In this document: piece after piece, positions 53,905 through 64,000 of the stretch | Position numbering within the stretch: the first letter of the stretch is position 1 | How the letters are laid out: every line of letters begins with the position of its first letter | The notes under the pieces: generated by a model | What the model was told of the DNA's origin: nothing | The model's database searches: none | What the model saw: the letters and a program-made list of their open reading frames with translations, nothing else | Translations under genes and position numbers: made by a program | Origin: the human T2T-CHM13v2.0 reference genome, Homo sapiens | Length of the DNA: 64,000 bases | Direction: 5' to 3' (one strand) | NCBI RefSeq assembly: GCF_009914755.1 | Contig: NC_060930.1

Positions 53905-55015
53905 CTATTATTTTTCTATGAAAAAATCTAGACATATGCATAAGTAGAGAGAATAGTGTAATGAACCCCCTTGTATCTGTCACCCCGTCTTAACAATTAC
54001 ATTTTGCCAATCTTGTTTTGTCTGTACATCACCCTGCAGTTCTCACCATCCTCTTCACTGGAATGTTTTAAAGCAAATTCTCAACATCATATTTTAGTGC
54101 ATATTTCCAATAGTGAATTCTTCTTATTTTATATAATCAAATTACTACTAATATAGCTAATAAAATTTAAAAATAATTCCTTATATAGTTCCTATGTATT
54201 CTCAATGTCCACTCAATGTTTAAATACCCTGATTGTCTCAAAAGCATCTTTTTACAGTTGACTTGATTGGATCTGGTCCAAATAAGAAATTTGGTCGATA
54301 TGTTTTGTAAGTCTCTTTTAATCTATATCATTCCTCCCTCCTTCCCACCCCATTTGTATTAGTCTGTTCTCACATTGCTATAAATACCTGAGGCTAGGTA
54401 ATTTATAAAGAAAAGAGGTTTAATTGGCTCACAGTTCTACAGGCTGTATAGGAAGCATGATTCTGGCACCTGCTAGGCTTCTGGGGAGGCCTCAGGAAAC
54501 TTACAATCATGGCAGAAGGCAAAGGCGAAGCAGGCCCTTCTTACATGACCGGTGTAGGATGGAGAGAAAGGTGGGAGGAGGTGCTACCCATTTTTAAACA
54601 ACCAGATCTCATGAGAACTCTATCATGAGAACAGCACCAAAGGGGGAATCTGCCCCCATGATCCAATCACCTCCCACCAGGCCCCACCTCTAACATTGGG
54701 GATTACAATTGAACATGAGATGTGGGTGGCGATCCAGATCCAAACCATATCACTATTCATGCTATTTGTTGAAAAAACCAAGTCATTTGTCTTATTGAAT
54801 TTCCCATGCTCTGAATTTGGCTAATTGCATCATTGTGGTGTCATTTAACATACTCCCCATCCCCTGTATTTCCTGTGAGCATGGTTGGATCTAGAGACTT
54901 GATCAGATTCCGGTTCAATTTTTCAGCAGAACTTCATGGAAGGAGCTTGTACTTACTATTGATCACCTCAGGAGACACAAAATATCTCTTCTCTAGTGAA
55001 TTTTCAACCGATCAG
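53905..55015 (-). mobile_element. L1MC-type 3' fragment split by MSTA
   Basis: aagtagagagaatagtgtaatgaacccc..., gttgaaaaaaccaagtcatttgtc, ttgatcagattc.ggttcaatttt. Confidence 0.7.
54355..54752 (-). mobile_element. MSTA (MaLR) solo LTR
   Basis: TGTATTAGTCTGTTCTCACATTGCTATAAA...CAAACCATATCA; TSD CCATT/CTATT. Confidence 0.9.
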
Positions 55016-55139
55016 TGAAACAAAAAGTTATTTGTATTCCAATCCAGGATAATAACTCTCCATTTATGGTGGAAAGACAAGATTTTTTGAGTCATCCAGA
55101 CTTGAGACAAAACACTGAACTGTGGCACTATGGACAAGA

Positions 55140-55485
55140 CATTGTGGATTTTCCCATGTTGGGTGCTGGATATTCTTGTATTCCTATAAATATTCTTGAG
55201 CTTTGTTCTGGGATGCAGTTACATTACTTGGAAACAGTTTGACTCTTTGGGGTGTTGTTTTTAATATTGTTAGATGGGTCTGGAGCAGCATTAATCGAGA
55301 GCTAATTTTGTGCTACTGCTGAAGCAAGCCCTTTGAGTTCTCTACCCAGTGCCCATGCATTAGGAGGGTTTCCAGTCTGGCTGGTGGCCTGTGTGAGCAC
55401 CAGGCACCATTCCCTCAAAGTCTTTAGGCTGGTTCTTTCCCCAGCCTCACACACAAGCAACGATCAGTCCTCTACTAAGTACAGT
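55140..55485 (-). mobile_element. Old L1M 5'-region fragment
   Basis: Reverse complement resembles the L1M 5' segments at ~32.8 and ~40.9 kb (gcagttacattacttggaaacagttt). Confidence 0.55.
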
Positions 55486-56899
55486 GTTACAGGCCTTGAG
55501 GTACAGACACTGCAGAAGCCAGACAATAATTCCCATTCCTATGAAATATACAAGTATTGTACAGATTACAACTTCCAAATAAAATGCAAGCAAATGTTGC
55601 CAACTTAAACCTCATTCACAAATGGGATTATCTCAACAAACCAAGTCCATTCCCCATGAATGCAGGAAAATAAACAAATATGTGCAAGAGCCCTATCAGA
55701 TCACAGTATAGAAGGTCTTGTTGAAAGGATTTTTTAAGTAAGTCCCTGCTTTCTCCTTCTCTCATGTAGAAAAAAGCAAAATATACCTTTGCAAGGAGTA
55801 TTTCCATCGGAAATCATTTTGCTCTCATGGAGGTGGAGAAAAATAATTTAAAACAGATAAAAGAGTGGATCTGGATAACTTTTCTTTTCTTTTAGATCTT
55901 AAAAACCATTCACTTCAATACCACGAGCCCATGTAAGAATGCCATTTAAAATAATGATTTTACATTCTCTAAATCTTTGGTATTTGTCATTTTGAGGGAA
56001 TATCATGTATCATAAGACTGCTTTTATTTTCTTCCCATCAGACAAGATTATCCAAAGCAATTACTAATTAGCTGATTCAGGGCCCATGATAAGAACATAC
56101 AAGAACTTTAGATGTTGTGTGGCTCCATGGCCCCTTTAAACCTGGGGGGTCCGCAGGTACACAACCAGTAATTTTTCTTAGTGCCAATGGTCGTGTCTCA
56201 GGCAGTTTGTACCACATGGGTTGTTGTGGTGGTGGTGGTGATTACTGATGTTCTTTCAAGAACTTTTAGAAGTTCTAGGAACACCGAGAATCAGATTAGC
56301 TGTCAGAAGGAGCAGAGAGATTATCCAACATTGGTTATGTATAAGGGATATTAAATACTATTGTTCTCAATAACATTAACAATGAAATATGACAACTTAA
56401 TAATATAAATCTTAAAGACATACCAGGTCTCTTTAGAGATGAGATAGTTATCTTTATAGTTATGCCCTAAGCATTTCAATTAACTTGACAAGTTATAGCA
56501 ATAAATACATAAAAGATGCAAAAGTTACATCTTCAATAAAGGGAATGTAGTGGTTTTCTTAATCCAAAATTTTGTTTTATATATGATACGCCCAGTGTTC
56601 TCTGTATGTGTGATTGGAAGACGCCATTGCTGGACAGGAGGAAGTGCAGATGCCCTAAACATTTAACCAGGTTCACATAGAACAGTAGGCTCTGCTTTAA
56701 GAGGGCAGATTAAGTGCATGTATTTACTTGCTTTCCATGGAATCCCACTTAAATAACACTTGAACAAGTAGAATAAATTCTTAACAGTACTGAGTGCTGT
56801 TTTTGACATATTCCTGAAAACCAAATACATGGGATCATATTGATACAAAATCATAGCAAGGAATGACAACTCTTTTCCCCAAAGAGCCCTGTGCCCATC

Positions 56900-57686
<787 letters not shown>

Positions 57687-57723
57687 CCATCATTCACCTG
57701 TTTGCGTTCAGATTAATTTCCTA

Positions 57724-57754
<31 letters not shown>

Positions 57755-58558
57755 TCTGCTCTTTCTGTGTCTCAAAGTATTAACTCCTATAATCTATATT
57801 TTCCAGACTCCCTTGCCAAACTGGCTTCTGGCTGATGTCAACCAACGGGAGGCACTAGCAAGGGACTGGCAGGAGGGAGAACCGAAGAAGCCAGGGTGAT
57901 TCTCCCCTCTATCTCTGCCTTGGGCAGTGTTTCCAGTAGCAGCTACATCTACTCCATGATTCTAGTTCCTTCTGGAAGGCTTGCTGTAGCTGGGAGGCTC
58001 TCCCAGTATGCAGCAAGGGGGCCAGAGCTGCTAAACTCTGTGAATGCCATCCTCCAACTCGCCTCTGCTTCTAAAATCTGAGTTGCTTCATTCTTCAGTT
58101 TGCTCTGTCAGCTCTTCCAAGACTTTTATAATTAATTCCCCTAATTAAATTCTCTCTATTGAACTACCTGGCATAAGTTCTGTTTTCCTGACAGACCCCT
58201 GACTGATCAAGCTTCAGGCAATGCCAAGCTCTGAGTCAACTAGTAGAGAACAGGAGTGTGCCAGGGGGCAGACATCAAGGCAAGTATTGAAAGGACCACC
58301 AATGGGATAAGAGAGCAGACCCCAGTGCCCCCCTTCCCTCCCCCTGCAAACGCAGCACAACTGTCAGGAGACGTGTGTGGGAAATAATAGCTGTGTGCAA
58401 AATCCTTCACGTTTCTTAGTGAGCAGCCAGTAGATACCATCCAATGTTGTTTTCAAAAGGAACTATAAGCATATTTCTAGTGTAATGATGTTACAGTAGA
58501 CACCAAAATTATTTAAAACATCAATAAATAAAAATTATCTCTCAGGACTTAGACTTAG

Positions 58559-58927
<369 letters not shown>

Positions 58928-59229
58928 GCCTCTATTACTTCTTTAATGTTTTAAGCACTAATTTCAAAGATTTGACTGGGTCTTTGTCTAGCTAAGGAAC
59001 AAGTGATTTTATATCAAGTCTTATTTCCTGGACATAGAAGGGGGAAGGTAGAGATGAAAGAGTGGAGAATTTTGAAGCAGGCATGTGAATAAAGAAGGTA
59101 ATGGCACTACCCATTGACTAAGTAATTGCTTTACATGTTACACTGTGGATGGGGGAAATCCATGCAGAGGGTGTTTCATGTTAGGAAATATGCCACTCTT
59201 TCCAAATGTGATATTTTTGAGAATTACTG

Positions 59230-59652
59230 TGTGTTAGGCCATTCTTGCATTGCTATATATAAAAAAAAAAAAAACGAAAACCTGAGGCTGGGTAGTTTAT
59301 AAAGAAAAGAGATTTAATTGGCTCACTGTTCTGCAGGCCGTACAGGAAGCATGGTGCTAGCATCTGCATGATGTCCGGGGAGACCTCAGGAAGCTTACAA
59401 TCATGGCAGAAGGCAAAGGGGGAGCAAGCATCTCACATGGTGACAGTGGGAGTAAAAGAAAGAGTCAGGGGTTGGGGAGGTGCCACACACTTTTAAACAA
59501 CCAGAACTCATAAGAACTCACTCACTATTGTGAGGACAGCACCAAGTCATGAGGCATCAGCCCCCATGGCTCAAACACCAGGCCCCACCTCCAACACTGG
59601 GGACTACATTTCAACATGAGATTTGGGCAGGACAAATATCCAAACCATATCC
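59230..59652 (-). mobile_element. MSTA/B (MaLR) solo LTR
   Basis: TGTGTTAGGCCATTCTTGCATTGCTATA...CAAACCATATC; perfect TSD TACTG. Confidence 0.9.
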
Positions 59653-59896
59653 TACTGTTCGTTCTTGGGAGATGTGTGAGTGCATTTGATCTATTATTTT
59701 TAATCCTCACTCCTACTCCTGCTGTCCAAGACCAGTAAGAAGGAGGAGGCTCATCTACCCCTCCACATTGGCAGAGGGCATGGAAGAGACAGAGCTGAAA
59801 GGGCTCAAGACTGCTCTGAACATTTATAGTAAGCCCAGGCATAGCTGCACAGGGTAGATAAGTAGTGCTGGAGTGATTAGAAACTTTCATCTACAA

Positions 59897-60125
59897 CAGC
59901 ACAGCATAGTTTTTAAAAAAATACATAGGCTTAAGAAAAAGATAAACCTGGGTTTCAGTCTCAGCATTGCCATCTACTACTTGTACTTAAATTCTCTGAA
60001 CTTCAATCTCCATTTCTGCCAAACAGAGATAACATTTAGTCAACACAGTTTTCATGAAAAATGAGAAAATACATGCAAGGAATTTTATAGAATGTCTTGC
60101 ACGTAGGAGGACCTCAATAAAACAC
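59897..60125 (+). mobile_element. MIR
   Basis: aaacctgggtttcagtctcagcattgcca...tctctgaacttcaatctcc..tgcacgtaggaggacctcaataaa. Confidence 0.65.
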
Positions 60126-61570
60126 ATCCATTGCTGATGAGGAAATAGGTCAAATAAGGCTCTGCATATCTGGATATAAACAAAAGGTGATTGAGAGGGC
60201 TTCTTAGATATTTGTAGGTTTTTCAAAGCACTGACTTGCTTACTACTCCTGCTTTTCTTCCAGGCAGTCAAAGCATATTTCCTGACAATTGTACTGAGTG
60301 TTTTAAATAGACTGACAAACAACAGAGACAATCCCATGCAAAGCCAGCCTTCTCAGACCAGCTTGTTGCTAGCTGTGGTTGCAGGGAGCAGATTTAGATG
60401 AGTCATATGTTGTAGAAATGGGCAGAAAAGGACTGGAGTCCTCGAGACATAACCCCAGATTCAGAGTGTGACACTAAGTCTGGGGCTCTATTTGTAGTGG
60501 GTAGATAGCAGGAAGGTGTTATCCAGACTGTGGCCCAGTGAGGGGACCCAGAGTCCCTAGTCATCTGTTTCCTAATCTCCAAATTGCACTGTCCCTCCTG
60601 GAGTCATGCAGACAAAATGGGAAGGGCCTAGGCCAAAGAGAGTCAAAGAGTGAAGAAAAATGGTTAAGAATCTCCTAGGAAGCTTAGTAAACTTCTAACA
60701 TCAACATTAACAAAATGTTTAAGAGAATGATAATTACAGGTGTCACAGGGCTCACTGTTTGCCTCATAAATAGGGCTAGATTCAACGTGTCTGGCATGTA
60801 TCTGGAAAACTGGTGAGGTGGACCTGACAAAAGTCTCTTGGATAAAATGTATTCTAAAAGTGAAGAAAATGAGAGACAGATGACTTGACTTAGTCATTGT
60901 AGGAGGAAGTAAGTCTGAGTACAGCACTGTGTTCTCACTAAGTTTATCTACCGGTTGTGCCCAGCAAAAACGGAAGTAACGCCGAACTACAGGTGGTCCC
61001 TGATGGCCTCAGACAGACTCAGCAATAGGCATGTACAGGGTGAGCAGGAAGGAATACCTGGCAGAAACCTAGTACCCCATGGAGGGGCCTGCCACAAAAG
61101 AAGAGAACAAATGAGCATGACATTTGAGAGCTGTAGATGATCAGACTTGTTCAGTATTGCATGGGAGGCATCCTATAGAGATGCCCCATAACAGGACCTG
61201 TACCACTGGGCAGCAAAAAGAGATAGGGAACCGTGGGAGGCTATTGTGATCACAACCACTGTTTACTCATAGGCGAATGTGGCCTTGGGAAATGCCAGCA
61301 CATGAGTAAATGACCATAAATGGTCATTCTTTTGACTGCTAGCTGATGGTTGAAAGCCTCAAAGAAATATACTATAGTCCACAATAACAACTAAATGCAA
61401 AGACCTCTGGAAATTTCTACAGATGTATAGACTCTGCTGTTAAGTCAAAGCAGACCTTTGTCTAGACAGCTCTGAGATAGATAACTCTTCTATTTCCTTC
61501 TGGCGTCTGCTATCTCTGGGGACTTATAAAGGACCTTGTCTTCCCTGATAAGGTGATATCATTTGATTTA

Positions 61571-61935
61571 TGTATTAATTGGGTTGGGATAGGCTTTGTC
61601 AGTAACAGTTTTCTAAAAAAAAGAAATCTCAATGGCTTAATGCAATAAAGACTTACTTCTTGATCACATAGTGCCTGATACAAATTGGGCGGCCCTCCTC
61701 CATCTTAAATATATTCCAACTACAGCACATGGTCTCCATGATCATCATAGAAGGGAAAAGAGAGCTAGAGGATCCACAGGAAGATTTTCAGTGCCAGGCC
61801 TACCTAGAAATGTTCATCTCACTCCTGTCCATTTTCCCATTGGCCAGAATTGTCCAAGACCCACCTGGCCCATGAAGGCTTGGAAAGGGAGAGGGACACC
61901 TGACCACTGGGTGAGCATGAAGAATCTCTGCCACA
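61571..61935 (-). mobile_element. MLT1I/J-like old MaLR LTR
   Basis: tgtatta...aaatctcaatggcttaa...cccattggccagaa...tctctgccaca. Confidence 0.7.
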
Positions 61936-62789
61936 TATTTTCCTTAAACAATTCATCTCTCTCATTAGTTGCCTTGTTTAAATTGCTGTTGTTAAATACA
62001 TTTAGTTAAGTATTGGCGAATGAATTAGTCAAGAAAGGAGAAATATATTCATCAAGGTTAAAAAAAAATTAAAAGCCGGTACCAGACACATCTTCTTCTG
62101 AGTCATCTCAGTGTGATTTATCTAGTAATGAGTTAAATGTTTGCTGTATATTTACCACGGAGTGAGACAGAGCAGCCTTTATGTTCTCAGCAACAGCTTC
62201 GAACGCTGCCAGCATTAGAACCTATTTGTTTTATTGAGAAGAGGGATTGTTGGCTGGAACACAAGGGCTCCCCATTACTCTTTCTGGAAAAAGCAATGGG
62301 AACTTTAACTTTTCTCTGGACAGCTACCAACATCTATCAGAAGAAACAAGAGTGTAACGTCTCTTTCTGAAGGGCCGCACTTAGAATGCCTAACAGCCTC
62401 CCAGCCTCTACTGGTGTCAGCAGTGGATAGAAGTCCAAATGCAAGCTATTCTGTGTTTACTGGAAGTGCTAAAGTGAATCAACCCTATAAACGGAAAACA
62501 ACAAACTGACCTGACCTGGAATACTAAATGAAACCGAAGTCCAAAGGTACCAAGCTCAAAATCAAGAGCAGGGGCATTCAAGTGTACCCTCTTCCCCCCA
62601 GGATTAATTCTGAGTTCAGACAGAGACATATTCTATGACCTCAAGTAGAAGACTTCATGTCTCTGCACTTTGGCTAACTCAAGGTCAAACTCAAGTCTCT
62701 ATCAAAGTTTTCTACTTCTCAAAGTTGAGTTTTCTAAAACTCTTTTTTTCAACTGACTGCTGACTTTAAATCTTCCACATGGCTTCCTT

Positions 62790-64000
62790 CAGCTTCAGTA
62801 GACTATCTGCTTCCTCCTAATTCACAGAGAAAACTGAGAAACGAGTGAGAAAACTCCCAACTCTGTCCACACTGCCCACAAGTTTTTCAGCCAAGTATTT
62901 TCCACTTCCTGTCCTGTTCATTCCTCCACCCACCACTGCCTGGCTTCCACCTTCGCTGCACCACTGAAGCTGCTCTGGTTAACACTGCTGCTGCCTTAAC
63001 CTGAAGAACACTTGTAAATCCCTGTCTCATTTGACCTTCCCTTGGCATTCAGTACGGCTGTTGACCATTTCTTCACTTTCCATTCTGCTGGTTCCTGGTT
63101 CTCCAGGTTTCTGGTTCCCCTAACACCTACCAAGTCTCTTTAATGCCTTCTTAAATGTTGCTGTTGCCCCAGGTATCCCATTTAGCTCTCGGCTAATTCA
63201 TTGAACAAGGCTTTCTTGAATGAGGAAGAACTTAGTGGAAAGGCTAAAGCCAATCAGCTCCTCAGAGTGAAAACGGGCACAAGGGTTGGCACCAGAAAAA
63301 CAGAATAGAATAAGATCCACCCCTGTCCTCATGGACCTATGCTCTGGATCTCATTTGATTGCCCCAGCATCTACCCAGGCGCCCACGCTGAAAACTGTCA
63401 CACTCACAGCCAAAAGATCCCCGAATACAGTCACATCTGTCTTTTGAAAATCTTTTGCATCTGCTCACTCTGCTTCCTCTGTGTGGTCATCAGCTGAGTT
63501 CCAGCTTTTGTCATCCATCACCTGGACCAATGGCAATAAATCTTCCTTGTTCACTCTGACTCCAGCCTCACGTCCCTCCAATCTTTCCTGCATATTGCAT
63601 TCACAATGATTTTTAAAACACTCAATGTGGTCACATCATTCTTCATTCAAATCTTTTCAGTAGTTCCCCCATCATCTCCTTACGAGGCTTCTCATGAGCT
63701 GGCTCTCACCAGCTTCTCCTGTATCTCTTCTACTACTCTCCTGCGCACATCATAGCCTCCAAAATTAATAACCACCTTAGAGTTTCCCTGAGTGTTGACA
63801 TGTTATCACACTTACACAGCAATAGCCTTAAGAAATCCTTTACAATCATGTGACTGAGATTCTTCATGTTATCTATGTAGTTTACTTTTTATACCACAAG
63901 TCTTGCACATAAAAGCACATTGACTTACTCATCTAACAGGCATCTCAAACTTAACTTATCTGACACAGAAAAACCTGCTCTTTCCTGCTCTTCTCCATCT
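62790..64000 (+). mobile_element. L2 LINE fragments including an RT-region relic
   Basis: ctggcttcc..caccactgaagctgctct..tttgacctt..gcattc..gttgaccat (GF..TE.AL..DL..AF..VDH) and tctaacaggcatctcaaacttaac. Confidence 0.7.

Noticed and set aside
61309-61328. Palindrome aatgaccat-aa-atggtcatt (everted nuclear-receptor-like half-sites)
   Set aside because: Chance-level arm length and imperfect half-sites.

Overview
Primate genomic DNA, almost certainly human because it contains a near-consensus AluYa5. The window is gene-poor, has no CpG island and is dense in transposable elements. I found no protein-coding gene, RNA gene, CRISPR array or other novel multi-gene system. The ORF-track peptides with recognisable homology are decayed retroelement sequence: ERVL gag/RNase H/integrase at about 0.4-1.9 kb and L1 ORF1/ORF2 at 34-40 kb. 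The remainder are Alu read-throughs or chance ORFs. Contents: (1) an ancient ERVL provirus remnant with its LTR16-type 3' LTR; (2) about 18 solo LTRs or LTR fragments (THE1, MST, MLT1, MLT2A, LTR16, LTR22, LTR33, MER31, MER74-, MER89- and MER4-group); (3) about 15 Alus; (4) a long L1PB1 interrupted by an HML-5 LTR; (5) many old L1M, L2 and MIR fragments; (6) DNA transposons (MER103, MER63B, MADE1, a mariner relic). Most worth following up are a cluster of MLT2A, MLT1D and MADE1 with two DUX4-type motifs, an AluYa5 nested in an AluY, an AluYd-lineage element, an 81-bp microhomology-flanked tandem duplication, several nested insertions with intact TSDs, and a few candidate enhancer and lncRNA splice signals. 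Family names come from recalled consensus sequences, not from a database search, so subfamily calls and old-repeat boundaries are approximate.
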